This document shows, piece by piece, positions 24,401 to 39,400 of a stretch of 64,000 nt of DNA. The notes under the pieces are model-generated. The model was not told the origin of the DNA. It ran no database searches and saw nothing but the letters and a program-made list of their open reading frames with translations. Position 1 is the stretch's first letter; the number at the start of each line of letters is the position of its first letter. Source of the stretch: Antedon mediterranea (Eukaryota > Animalia > Echinodermata). Location of the stretch: the NCBI RefSeq assembly GCF_964355755.1, contig NC_092674.1:15934001-15998000 (forward strand), read 5' to 3'. Made by a program: the position numbers and the translations under genes.

Positions 24401-27400
24401 GTTAAGCCAACCCAGTTCGTAGGCAGCATCATTAGTGATAGCATCCGTCCCTGTACAAAAAGAGTTTTAATCCATCATTGTTTTTACTACAAACTCATCA
24501 CAGTTACATTGTTTTGCCATGGAATGACCACACGTTGTTTTGCCACAGAATATCGCGGTTACGTTGTTTTGCCTCATCACTCTATGCATTTCCAAAAAAA
24601 CAACGTATCTGTTAAAAGTGGTAATAACTTTTTACCAAATTGTTTAAATTATTTAATATTTTGTATGTAATAATAATTATTATTTATATACTCATACAAA
24701 ATTTCTCATCATTACGATAATTTGTTGCTGAAATGCAAACACTCAAACATCAATTCCATTTTTCTTGAAAAGAAACATTTTGTAGTATGTTGGAACAGCC
24801 GTGTATACAATGCATGTTTTCATAACAACAGGGATTTATTAGTTATCCTTTTGCAATTGGTGTGGCAGTACAGCAGTAAACTAAACAATACGTACCATTG
24901 TTTTTCATCAACACTATTGTTTGCTTGAACATACAGCACACGCTCAGGTTGTATCACTTGAAACATCTAAAAAGACAAAAGAATTTAGTAAATTTCAAAG
25001 TTGCTCATAATATTTGCTGTAAATTACACACAATTTTATGAAATTTTATGGTTGATTATATATTTTTATTGTTTTATTTTTCAATGAAACTATAATATGG
25101 AGAAACTTTTGACATGATAAAAATAGTGTTCTATGCTAGAATTACGCTAGTACACATATTTAACATTTAAAAATGCGCAATCAATTTCGCGTACATTTCA
25201 GGCCATTTTAAGAATTCCAAAATGTTCTAAATTTTTGGCATTTTGCAATTGATTTTTGTTTTTCATATCGTCTATAGTAGATTACATTCATTTTGATGAA
25301 GTTTTATTGCAAAACAACTTACATGCATGTCAAACTTTAAGGATCATGTGCTAAGAAATGGGTAATTTAATGCAAATTTGTGCAAAAATATACCTATTTT
25401 TAATCAGTTACAGCTCCTCAAGATGGCTGATGACCCCCATTTTTTAAATGTTATTATGAAAGCTGATGAGTTGTAGATATCAATTCATGTAAAATTTATA
25501 TCTACCGGATGTTCTGACCACTCGAAATTTCAAAAATAGGACATTTTTCGCTTTAGTAGTTCATATTTAATAGAGAACAGTGCGCTTATGGATATACTAA
25601 AAGTCTAGAAAAATCCAGGTTTTAAATAAAATGGCCACCAATGACAAAAAAGGACAAAAAAAGGACAAAAAACATACTGTAAATGATACTGTAGATCTAA
25701 TTACCACTTTATAACAGTTTTTACAATGCTTTTAATATAAAGATCTTAACTACAATATACACATTATTTTAAGTGCTGTTAATTAGAAATCGATAATTAT
25801 ATCGAGATATATCCATATTTTATAATATAGACAACGCAGTCCTATGTTTAATGCATATAGAAATACTGTGTCTAATAAATCAGTTCATTTACATTTGTAC
25901 TGTTATAACAATATACTATAACATTGGTGGTGCCAGCAGCAAGGGGTATAGGGATAGGAGATCATATGTCCTTCCAGCAGCGAGGGGTATCGGAATAGGA
26001 GATCATATGTCCTTCTCAATCAATTCTCTTTCACATGCGTTACAAAAATTTGAATTTTTGTTACTTGTTTCATCATCATATAAAAAAATTAGAACGTGAC
26101 TTGCTTAAATTCATTTATAAAGTATAATTCAATCTGTCATATCTCCTCGGAATGAAAAGTGACCCGCACAATTAAAATTTATTATGGAAGCTGTTGAATT
26201 GTAGATATGAATTCATATACAAATTTTGTCTATCCGATGTCATGACATCATCATATGGCCAGTTGAATTCAAAAAGTCAAATTTTGATGTCTTTCCTAAA
26301 TGTTTGTCGCATTTAAAAGAGAGTGCATCTCATTTTTACGTGCCTAAAATTCTTCAAATTTGTATTAATTATCTTCTAAAATTGTTATATTTATATGTCA
26401 CTTTGATGACGTAATCGTGTTAAAAATTGGATTAAAAGATGGGTCTCATAATTTCATTTATGCTACACTGTATAGCATATACAGTGTATTCTGTAAATAC
26501 TGTAATATGCTGTATGATACAAAATAGGTACAACATAAGGTTAAACATATTTAATTCATGTCATAGGATGGCATACTAATTTTCACAAACTTCAATGACA
26601 TAATTTGTGGACCATTTGATTGGTCAGTTTTAACAATTGCAGATTTTAAACATTGATTTTTATCTGCTTTTTCTGTAAAATCCTGTCAATTCAACGCAAC
26701 TCAATATAACTCAACGATCGACAGGAAGGTAGAAACGTTGAAGGGTATGTCTTAGATGTAATCATGATTTTCTGCTAGCAGTATATTTTTTCATTTACAA
26801 ACAAAGGTGTTTGAACTGAATCTTTGCATTGCACCCATGAATTTCACGTCTGCAATCAGCAATTGCTAACCTTAAATTGGGCAGCATTATTTTGCCGATG
26901 TAGAAACTAGGCTACATTGCATACTAGGCTAGATTGAGTGCTATTTGATCATTTTCCCTTTCAATGTCTCCTACAGCGTTGCCAGCGATAAAATTTAAAT
27001 TATGCCGTAGCCAGATTAGGAAAAATAATGCCAAATCTCCAAAATGTGGCTCTAAATAGCGCCACCAACGGTTGCATGTCTAAAAAATGTCTGTAAAACC
27101 CCAACTGACACAAAATAGGGCCTAAAATTATATCCCCATGTCGTTCCAAATTTATATTTTTAGTTTTGTGTGTAATAACTAATAATTCCTAATATTTCGG
27201 GTGCAAAAATGGTTAATTTTGAAAAATAGAACTGCTCGATGGGTGGAAATGGCACTTAATTTCATTTCAAATATGAAATAAAAATATATTTATTAGTGCC
27301 TCCAGGATCTCAGCCCACCATGGTCCGAAAATGGCACTATAACTTAAAAATAAGGAAATAAAAATATACATTAGTGTCTACAGGACCTCAGCCCTACCAT

Positions 27401-30400
27401 GGTTGGAGCTGAGGTCAGAAACACAGTAGCACATGTTTTTTTTCACTCAAAATTAATTCTGGTCGGGGAAGCTACAGAATACTAGGGCCATTTTCTTTAC
27501 ACAGTGACATGTCATAATAATTGAATAGGCCTAGGCTTATGTTAAATCTTAACATTGAAATTAATATTGATTTTGCATATATTTTTTATGTTTATGTTGG
27601 CGTATTTATAATTCGCTAAGCAAGGTAGGATTAAATAAATTTAATAGCGTAAGCTTAGGCCGCCGAAATTAGACTCCACTGCGATGTCGATTCGGCCCAC
27701 GATGTCGTCTCCTACTAGCCTAGGTAGGATATTTGGACGGCGCCAATTTTAATTAGTGAACAGTACATTGTTAATTTGCATTGTCCATGCATTTTCTAAA
27801 GGCGATGACAATATAGTGTTTATTAACCCTACGATTGACGCGTTGATAATTATAATTAACAATACATCGTAGTAGTAGGTTAAGAACAATAGCCTACGAT
27901 CTACATGCGTAAATAATAGTGGTGGTCGGTATACAGTAGAGGCCTTGTCTGTTTTGCAGTGCTGTCTATTGCACACACAATAGTTTGTGAGCAGTAACAA
28001 ACAAGTTACTTCCTCTGTTGGCCGCTTGGCGAATGCACGAAATAAACAAAATTTTCAAAGTAATAAATTGAATATAAAAATACGTTTTTTTAGTAATTTA
28101 TTTTATATAATAAATCAACATGATCAATATCAATCAAATACGGATTGTTAAACACCTTTAAAAACTTGATAAATAAAAAAAAAATGAATATGAATTTGCT
28201 CTAAAGTGAGATGTTTCGGCCCACAAAGTGGGATGTTTTGGCCCAAAAGTGGGCCGAATCGTCCCACCAAAAGTGGGCCAAATCGTCTCGGGCTGAATTG
28301 TCACGGATTCACTGCAAAGACCTGTGTAGGGGAATATCCTGTTACAGCTGAAGAACTACGATGTTCAGCAGTTATCATAGTAATTGTGATAGGATATGAT
28401 TTATCTTGTATTTTAGTGTTAGTTAATTTTGCTACTTAATTCTTTTTGCATAACATATGCCTAGGCTAGGCCTATAATATATTGTTGTAAGTTGGCATGG
28501 AAGGCCTAGGTTAGCAAGAGGCCATTGGTGAAATTTCTATTTTTAGAACTGCCGATCTTGGCGAATTTTAGGTAAGTCAACCTTTTTTCTGTAATTTGTG
28601 GGCTGGCATTGTGAAACGATCTTGTTCAGGGCTATACTATAACTTGCACATTAAAATTAGCTTACATTTTGCATATGGAAAGAGTCTTCTTGAACCTTCT
28701 CAACAGCAAGTATCTTATCAACAGCTATTGTACACAATGCTGAACAATCTAGTCAAGAGAGAATACATCTGTGTAATTAGTGCGCCTTTGAACATTTTTG
28801 TTATTCTTTTAGTCTAACTTAGCCCAAGCTTTATACTACTTGACAGAGGTCCCAAGTTCCCACAAATCTGCAGGTATACAGTACATGATTTTGGACAAAT
28901 TCCCACCTCTTCAAAAATTGTACAGTACAAAAAAGTACATAAAACATATTCAAAAACTCATATGAAGGTTACCAAATATAAAATGATAATTATAGTTGTA
29001 AATTTATAGAAATAAAGTAGCCTTTTAAAAAAAAGTACATTTTCCCCACTATTTAAAAAATCTAAAAATATTATTTCTATTCAATTTAGGTATTTTCATA
29101 TGACATATTTTGAAGATAATAAACACATTAAACTAGAGACACAAACCCAGTCATCTATTTTGTGTCCAGTTATATGTAAATCAGTTTAGTAATTTTAAGA
29201 TACATAAATAAACTATTACTCAAATGATTCCCTAACTACTTGAGTGACACACAGCTGCACCTTGAAAACAAATATAAATATCAGGTGGTATAATTCACAC
29301 TGACCAAGTTTTTAGGAAATTGTTCTCTGCAACTAAGTAGCATTTTAAGATGTTGTACCCAGGTGCCTAGGTAAAATCCATTTCAGGTTTTCACAAATAA
29401 ACAGGAAACAAAAGAATACCTGATCCTTTTGAGTATGTTAACTCATGGTTGGTGAGACGAAACCATCGCTTCTTGAAATTCTTAACTGCAAACAATTTTT
29501 TTCTTCCCTGTGCTCGCTTGATCATGTACCTAAAATGACAATTAATGAACACAAACTGCCTCTTTTTAAAGTAAATGGAACCACAAAAATATTCACATAC
29601 CGTACAGAAAGAACATACTGCAACTTCATCTACGAAGTAGCTTCGTAGATAGAACGTAGGCTACGTTGTTAGCTTCGTAGGTTACATTGTTTGGCCTCGT
29701 AACCTTAATAAACAACTTTCAATGAGCTACGTTCTGAACTTCGTAAGGAGTTCGTAACTTTAATAAACAACCTTACGATGTTCTTAGTGAAGTAACAAGG
29801 TGTGAAAATTAATGCGTTAATTTTGACTGGCGGAGGAAGAAGTTGTAAATGAATAAGAAATATATAATATTTTTTAATCTTAATCGTTTCCTTAGTGCGC
29901 ATTTACCTACTCAGCAGCAAATATAAATATAAATTTCCCACGATGTAAACGTAGAGACACGATCCAACACAATGAACTAGTCCAACTAATAAAAATAATA
30001 TAGCGAACATCGAGTCAATCCAGAAACGATGCCGACAAAAAAGATCGTAAAAAATTAATTCTAAATATAGTATCAGAACGTTCAGTCGATCGCTCAAAAA
30101 GATTGCAGACAGAAGACCATAATTAATACATACCAAGTTTTTTGGTCACATGGCATGAAACGCGACACTCTCTGTTTTACCGCAACCTCTCATGTTTTTT
30201 TTTAATCCGGTACGAGGGGTTGCTACAAAACAGTAATTAAGATCATGTATCTGGATTTTGTGTCACATGACATGAAACGTAATATAATATTCTCTTAGCT
30301 GCTCTAAACTGTCCTCACGATTCACATGTTTTTTCATAATAATTATTTAAAAGGCCTACGTTAAATCTTAACATATATATATATAACATATATTTTGTTG

Positions 30401-33400
30401 GTGTCCTAGCCTAGGTGTCATTGTTTTTATAATTCACTAACCCAAGGTAGGTATTAAATCATTTATAGTGTAGGCCACCAAAACTCTCTCTGCGTGAGCT
30501 GAAGGCCCACAGGGATGTCGTCTTGTCAGCGGATGTCAGGCTAAATTAGGATAACCAATGCGTAGGACGGATACAAAAATTGATGTCTTCTAGCTTTAGA
30601 TAGGATTTTAATTGGCGAACAATACATTGTTTGTTTGCATTGTCCGCGCCTCTAAAGGTGATGACAATAGTGTTAACTAACCCTACGATCGATGCATAAA
30701 TAAATATAACAATACTTCATAGGCTACATTCAGAGAACAATGACCTACGATCTACCTACGCGTAGGCTACGCATAGATACGAAGCAGTTCTTTCTGTACT
30801 GTAACATTTAATTTAAGAATAGTTCTGTGAAATTAAGTTGTATAAATTTAAGGTTATTTAAAAGATAATGTTATTCTTGAGAAATAAATATGAGGTAATT
30901 TTTTAATGTTTCTTTTGTATTAAATATTATGAACTATACATAACTATACAGTTTGCTAGTGTAGACAAGGGTTTAATGGTTATTTGACAAATATTATTTG
31001 ATTTGTAAACACTTTTATAATCAGTGTCTCTCATTCCGCAATGCTCACAAATATCGCCTTGAGCACCTTGTGGATAGGTGCGCTTTATAATGTTAGTATG
31101 TATCTTATCTTATATCTGGCATGTTTACTTTTTCAACAATAAGGCACATTACATTGGTATTATTTATAATACTTTGTATTTTGCCATATTATACATTTTA
31201 AAAAGAGGAATGTCATCAGCAATTAGCAGTAGTCACAAAATATTTTTACTTTTAATTAAATGGACTCACCCTTCTTTCAACACTATAGGTGCTTCTGGGT
31301 CTTTTGCATTAGCATTACTTGAAGATGACACAATATCTAGAAACTAAAAATAAACTAATTGACCTGTGTGTACAGTGAATTGATATTGGCTACAAGTTAT
31401 ATACATAATTATATAATATATTATACAGTTAAAGCCTGTTTTTCAGTCAAGTCACTATGTTTACCATTTGATTGGTCATTTTTAACGATCGTAATGTTGA
31501 AGTTGAACTAGGTTAAACTTCAATGAACGTAGATTTTGAACATTGATTTTTGCTCCTTATCCTGTAAAATCGTTGAATCCGGTCAATTCAACGAAATCTA
31601 ACACAGCTCACATCAACTCAACGTCAACTGGAAAACAGGCTTAACTATCTCAAAACCGTAAACCAGCCTTTTCTTGAGGTCCAAATGGTTAAAAAATATT
31701 TTTTATCAAACCAGACATATCAGACCAGCCCAAGTGTATGCGGTATTGGAAGAGCTGACTGTGAATTGACAATGATGTCACTGTTTAATAATCACTCTGA
31801 AAAGTATTTACTCAATATAACAATTTTGAGATCAATTTAATCAATAGGAAAAAATGTGTAAAGAAAGAAATAAATAAACAAAGATCACCTAATAATTTAA
31901 AATACTGAATTTGATATATTCATGGTAGCAAATATGCGTATCCGTTATTTAAACTGTGACATTATAAACTTAAAAAGTAATTGTTAATTGTTATTTAGAG
32001 ATTTGTGAAATTCAACTGACAATGGAAACTAACCATTTTAATTCCATTCACATGTTCAGCATTTAATATTGATTCATATAAAGGCACCATATAGTCTTCT
32101 TTGATAGATGAGGTAGTCTGGAAGCAGACATCAAAAATAAAATAAAAGATACATATTTAATGATTCACAGATTTACAAATAACAGATAATACTTTTAATA
32201 AATTTAAATGAAATATAGGACTGACACTTTGCACTGCCGACTATAAAATCGGTTTTAAAATGATTTAATGGAGATGATCAATAGTTTAGTTCATTGGCAA
32301 TATATCTAAATCTGATAAAATGTCTCTAAACATTGAATGCAATTTGTAAAAAGAGTATTTAAGAATTGTTATTGGGTAATGTAGTTAGATGTACCTAGTC
32401 ATATACAGTTTACAGTTAAAGTAGCAATTTGCTGACTAATACCCCTTTTACACAACCAGCAAACATTCAGAAGTGATCCGGAGTTGTGTAACTCAATTTG
32501 TACCCGCAAATGTAGGCCAGTGTTAACAACCTGAACAGTTACCCGGGTTGCTGAAACACTCAGGCAAGTTAGTGTTAACCAGGCACGTACCCGTGTTTGT
32601 GGTGAAAACAATCCTGCATATTTTTTCCCAGGTGGTTTCTATCCTTAGTCACTATAGTATTCAATTTACATATAATGAAAAAATACTGATTTTGTTAGTT
32701 TGCCTATTAGTTTATAAAAATAAACGTACCAGTATTTTTTATTAATTTTATTTCAAGAAATATTCTTTTTTTTATTGGCTTTATTAAAACAAAATTGTAG
32801 AAGGTATATATGTAGACCTACTAAAGTGTCTTTTCACGCGCGAGAGGATGATATTTCGATTAATCTAGAACACAATAATTGGGTGGGTTTTGCATTGAAT
32901 AATTAATAGGAAAACTTACCAATACATCTTTTTTAACATGATTTCCTAACGTCTGGATAGTTTTTGATATTAATGTTAATGTTCGGGAAACTAAAGAATC
33001 CTACAAATATTAGAATAATGAATATATATTGCAAGTATTAATCTTTATAACAATAATCTTTATTTCAAAACGGCACCTATATATCAGTGGCATTCAAAAA
33101 ACAAAAATATAAAATAAAAAACTTATTTTATAATAAATGAACAAATTAAATGTACAGATTAAACAATATAGAATTGTAAAAGAACCATCAATTTATCAGT
33201 ACAGATGATTGCTCTTTCCATAGTTTTTTACTTTTGAATTGAATGAAGAAGAACTTGATCATAGATATTCAAGGATGAAATGCTTTTTTTGTTTATTTAA
33301 AGCCACAAATCTATCCCAAGAGTGATACATACATTTTGAGAATTCCCTATTTCTAGGTTTAATAGGTTTAATAGGTTTTACTGTTAGTCAAATGAAACAA

Positions 33401-36400
33401 AATGTTGAATTGTTATATATAAAAGGAATGTCTTACCGGATTATCCTTTCTAAGTCTAAAGAGTCTTGGCGAAAGGATAGCTGGTGCAAAGAAACGCAGA
33501 AAAACAAATCCACTCACTGCAGAATATTTTACATCTGGGTTATCTGCCAAATCAATAAATAAATCATCTATAATTTATTTAGTTTAAAATTCACCAATTA
33601 TTATTTATTGCGAAAAACTAAGTGAAAATTTATTATAAAATGTCGCATGAATTACACACAAAAATGTACTTACCTGGAAAGTGGTTTTTTGCCTCTTCTT
33701 TAAGTGCATAAAACACCTTGCACATTCCACGTGGACAGGCCATTGCTGAATCCACAATCGATTTGAAAATCTTTTCAACATAATCTTTTAGTTTGGCCTA
33801 AAAACAGGTACATTACATCAAATAAATGAATTAGTAAAATCTGTTTAATTCAATTCTTTTAATAAATAACAAATACTCTTGTAGTATTATCTAATATGAA
33901 CTTTAAAAATAAATCACAGTGCACAATGTTTAAAATTGTTTGTGTACTAAAAAAAACTTCTCACGTATGAAAACAAAAATAAGACCATTACTGTGAACAA
34001 CCTCACATGAAATTCACGCCACCTATTTTAAAACAATAACAATATTCTAAATCACACACAATATAGGGCCTTTTGTATCCCTGCATAGAGAACCCAGAAG
34101 GATCCATGGAAGATCACCCCTTTTTTATTTTTTTTTATTCCATATGGTCCAATCTATGAACTATTTACCCCATATTAATTTGTAATAAAGGGCCTTACAG
34201 TATGTAGTGCACCTGACATAGAGAAAAGGGTCCTTAGAGGGTTCATTCGGGCAATTTAAAATCTTGTGTACAGACAACTTATTCCTGTATGGGCCAGACT
34301 ATATTGGACCAAATGTTTGACCAATTTCCATTACAGAGCCGATATCATCCATAGAGAACAGAAAATATCCAATCTCATTATAAGGATCCCATATGGCATG
34401 TGAGATTATTCAGAAAAATGTATAGGTTCCTTCAAGGAAGGCACCCTTTCCTGTTCATATTTTCTATATGATTGATTGATTGATTGAAATTTATATTTAT
34501 ACTGGGTAACCTCTTCAGTCAAAGACTGGTCTCCCAGAGGGCCCATTTGGTGATCAGTGGCTGTGATGTACTAATACACCAGGGTAACCCCCTACTCGTC
34601 TCGAAAGATGTACTAGGTTCTTTAAAGTGCACACGAGCTAGATGTGTACACTGGACCTACGGTTTATAGTCCTTATCCGAGAAGACTTGTTCTACCACCA
34701 AAACCATGGAGTGAGTGAGCCTCGAACCCCTGCCGATGTTATGGCTACGTAATTACGGTTCCACTGTCTTAACCGCTCGGCCACTCACTCACTCTTCATA
34801 CGGTACCAATCAATACCCATCCCGCTCCCCACCCCACTTCTTAGAATTAAATCCATCAATATGCTACAGTGTTTCAAAGGTCAATAATCACACAAGTTAT
34901 TTTTCGAACATTATTATTCATTAGAGTGAATATAAATATATCTATTATAAATAATGTGCGCCTAGTTTTAACTCTCTACGCCATGTCATTATTTAGATGA
35001 GAAAAGCGGGTCAAATAAATACACAAAACATGGGTATTCTGGTCACTTTTGAAAAAATTTTGCATTATGACAAGTATAAACATATATGTGACCCGATCTT
35101 GCAAAACCCTACTTTTATATATTTTGATTATTTGAATCATAAGCTTTTCAATGGTGTTTATTTCGTAAAACTTGAGTACATAATTAAAAAGTTATTACAT
35201 TTTAAAAACTTACACATCATTCAATTAGTTTACGAGAAAAGCGCGTTTGAAGTTTGCAATGAAATTCATTTTGATACGCGTTGAAAACTCACTTCGTAGC
35301 AACGCAGTATTTTGGTCTAGGGCACAATGACGTCATACCAGGAAGTGTGTGCGATATATAGCAGCGTGGACATGATGGTCAGTTTGACCAATTTCAGATG
35401 CCGTTTTAACCTATTTATTCACTCGAATTAACTATTTGCACTATATATCAGAAGTTTCGGAAGTGTTTATGATATCAACAGCGAAGAACCAAGCTAGCCT
35501 GGCTTAAGATTTTCGCCGTCATCAGCTGTAAGACCTACTACTACTGTTAGGTGTTCAGGCCGTGTATGGCAGCAGTGCATCGACACGGGGGCTACGTTTC
35601 TTATTGCGATTATGCGCCATAGCAACACACGCAGTTCACTGTTCCAAAAACTTCGAAGAACCGATTTTTCTGAAATTATATCATAATAAACCAAATTTGT
35701 CATTGATTCCAAAACTTCCATATTTGAAATGTTAAATGGATGAGCTTTATTTTGATGTGTGACCTTTCAACATTGTGCAGGAAAAAATTTCGTCAAATTC
35801 AGCTACTTTCAACTGAATTTATACAAAATTTTAGCGTAGATCGTGAATAAATTGTTAGGCTTGAGGAAAATACATGTTTTTAAAACTCTCTTTTTTCATA
35901 ATTTTAATTAAATTTCGGGAGTTTAAATCAGGTAGACGTATTCTTAAATAGTGAAATATTTCGAAAATGCAAAAACATGTAATCTGCCAGAGGGTAGTCA
36001 ATTTGGACGTATTTTGACTTATTACGTGAATTTTGAAATGCCAACAAAGAGAGGGTTTTGCCAGATCGGGTGACATATATTGCGAACAATTTGACACCAA
36101 AAATGGTACAACAAATATTTATCAATTATTTATTTATTTAATATTATCAAAATATAGAATAAATTTATTAATTTATGTCAAAGGTCAATAACCACACTTT
36201 TCAAGCAAGATCTGAATATAAATATATATCTGGACAATTTGCACCTAAAGTTTTAATACTCTCTGACCTGCTGTTAATGAGGTTTCCGGTCTAAAAATAT
36301 TTCTTGTTAGAGCTAATAAAAACATACATTGTGAAAAATTTGACACCAAAATTAACTCCAGTTAATGTCCAGTAGTTCCACATATGGAATGTTTGTATGA

Positions 36401-39400
36401 AAATAGCGGCAATTTTGTTTATGCTAATTACGCAAATTGCTCAATTCTGACAGCCATCCAGTAAAAAATTGATCATTTTGATGGTCTCAAGAATCAAAAT
36501 CCATAAACAAAAACTATAAAAAACATTTCAAGGTTATAGAAGACGTGGAATTATTGAAAAAAAAAATAATTAACCTACTGTAGAACAGTTTCATTTGCCT
36601 GGCAAAGTGTTGTAATGGTTTCTAGCCTTGGCGCTTTAGCCTAGCTATAGGTCTAAGATTGTTTGGGTGTTTTTTAATTAACACTACTGTAGGTAGTGTA
36701 TAGAATTTTTTTGCAATGTAAATATGTTACAAAATTCAAATAAATTTTAATTCTTTAATGTGAATCAAATATAGGCCAACTGTACCTTTTATTTAATCTG
36801 ATTCATATGAATGACAGGAATCTATTTAGATGCTATGTAAAACAAATAATGAATGTTTTATATTCTTGGAATGTTACAAATAATGTCAAGGCTATTGCAA
36901 ATATAACCTTTCACATTCACCTCATGATATTATTGGTGCCATTCCGCTTATAAATATTTATTATTTGTATATATTACATAGCCTATGTAAATATGTGAAT
37001 GTGATTGGTTAAAACTCACATGACACCGCTGCAAGGATTGTAAATCATATATGTCCTTGAGTAGGATGATATTATTAATTTTCACGTGATTATCATTAAA
37101 CATATAAAATCCAGCAAATTCTTGATGAGTTTGATATTAAATGTGTATTTTTTTAGTGAAAACTCACGCCTGCTGTCAAATAAATAAAAGTCACCTACTG
37201 GGACTCACATCATCGACTGTTTTTTATGTCACGCCACATAATTCGCTTGCAAAAATAATTCAACTAAACCATTTAAACTTTGCATACATAGCGCCTTCAT
37301 TTTGTTATTCGCTGAACTCCTGGTGATTTGACTCGAAGACGAATTAATATTAGTAATTATTCAGCCTACTATAGTATTAATAATATTAATAGTGTAGGAT
37401 TATTGTCTTTATATTAGCAAGTAAGGTGAACATGTGTCAGAATATTGGCCTTTTACTATATTAATTATTATTATAACAAAAATAATAATAATTGTCTTTT
37501 GTATAGCGATTAACCAAATCAAATTTTCTCTAAAGCGCTACGTTGGTTTTCAAAATTGGACTCAATATTGGACTTTATCAAATGGCTGTCGGTGATAACA
37601 GATATGGAATCAGGTATGGAATCCTTATCTCCAAAAAGACATAGTGGGTGGAAAATAAGGTTTAACCTAGAAATAATTGCGTACAAAGGTTTTTCAACGT
37701 TTTTGGATTCTACTCTATGTCATTAGTCACAGAAAAAAAGTCCAGAGAAATCGGACCCTCCGAAGGGGTCATTTGAGGTCAAATTAAGTGGAAATTAACA
37801 AAAATTAATTAAAATATCTTAATATCAATCAATCTTAGGCAAACTTTGTGTATTTATCATATGACCAAAGTGAATTCATTGATCATCTTATAAAGTTGAC
37901 TTAGCTAGATGAAATTGATCAAGAAAATTGGAAAGGAAAGGAAAAAATAAATAAAGACAAAACAGAATCAATAAGGTTATATGCATGATAATGCATAACC
38001 TAAAAATAGATGAAAACAATTTTAGATTACTTACAAGGTTATCAGCTAATATTTCTCCATCCCGTAATTTGGCAGGATCAATTTCACAGGAGCAGTGATC
38101 ATCATGAATTTCATCTATGTTAACTTTCAATGTATCATACAAATAGTGCATACCCTCTAACTTCATATACTCGTCAATACATTTGCTTCCCAATGAATTG
38201 CCCCTGAATATTGTATTGGCATCCCTATAACAAAATAGACATGTGTACATTACTGCTACTATTGCATGTTATGTTTAAACTTTGTGAAAATACTCACTAA
38301 TGTCATTCATCTCATTGTAAAGTGTGCACTTCCTGGAAAATGCAGGAATGTTTGCAATTTTAGAAGGCCTACAATTAAAAAATAGTTGAATAGTTGGATA
38401 TGTGCGCTTTATAAATCTTATTATTATCTCTTATATTAGATGTAATCAACTTTCTATTCACCATAAACATAAATATAAACAAGGCCATATACATGGCTGC
38501 AGTCGCATGCTCAAGTTAGTGTTTACCGACTAACTGACAGACACCGTATACATTGATTGATTTGGGTTGTCTAGGCCTATACATAAAATAATTAGAAGAA
38601 AAGGGCATCTTTTAAAATTAGTGGGTTGCGGATCTGTATATTCCTGGCATGATAGTCCAATGTGAATTGATAAACCATATGCCAGTAACGATGCAAGCAC
38701 AATGCATGTATCTATACCGTTATCAGCTGGCATGCCTGTTATAACATATAGCTATTGTATTTTATATAACACCTAAATTAATTCCTGTCATTTGATTGGA
38801 CGAATGTGGGTCACATGGCATGCAATAGTACGCACTATTAAACGATCGTTTAATAGTACTTTTTTGGATTTTTTTGTGTACGAAAAAATCTTTTCGCGTT
38901 TGGAAAATATTTTGTTGTATTCTATTGCTTTTGAAAAACAACAGCACCACCTATTTTGTACTTTCGCGGCGATTTGAATGTTCTTGCGATCGGAGTACAT
39001 TTCTGGAGAAATACATGTACTAATTTAGATCAAAAAGGCATTTAAATTAGCTTTAGATCATGTGTAGGATTTTGATTAATTAATGGGAACATCTCTACAT
39101 TGGAAAAACCATAATTAGCCTAGATAAGTTCCAATTTTCTGTTGAAGTTTTGCCTTTCAGCCAAACCTAGGATTGTTTGATCGTTTGTGGACATAATTAA
39201 CACTAAAGTAGGTGTGTTTATAAAATCCATATAACATTTAACATAATATTAAAAACCAAATGTTACTGTTTTATTCAATGTGAATGAAATGTAGGTCATT
39301 TCATTCAAATGACAGGAATCTATTTAGATGTTATATAAAACAAATAATGAATGTTTTATATTCGTGTAATGGTACAAATAATGGCCTTTGGTGACCACCT

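Noticed and set aside
24820-24895. In-frame extension of exon 19 ([18 protein letters not shown]...)
   Set aside because: It hits a stop and lacks similarity; the exon at 21621-21710 supplies the homologous sequence in the correct phase.
35508-35530. Second hammerhead (minus strand CTGATGACGGCGAAA)
   Set aside because: There is no room for stem II and no flanking stems.
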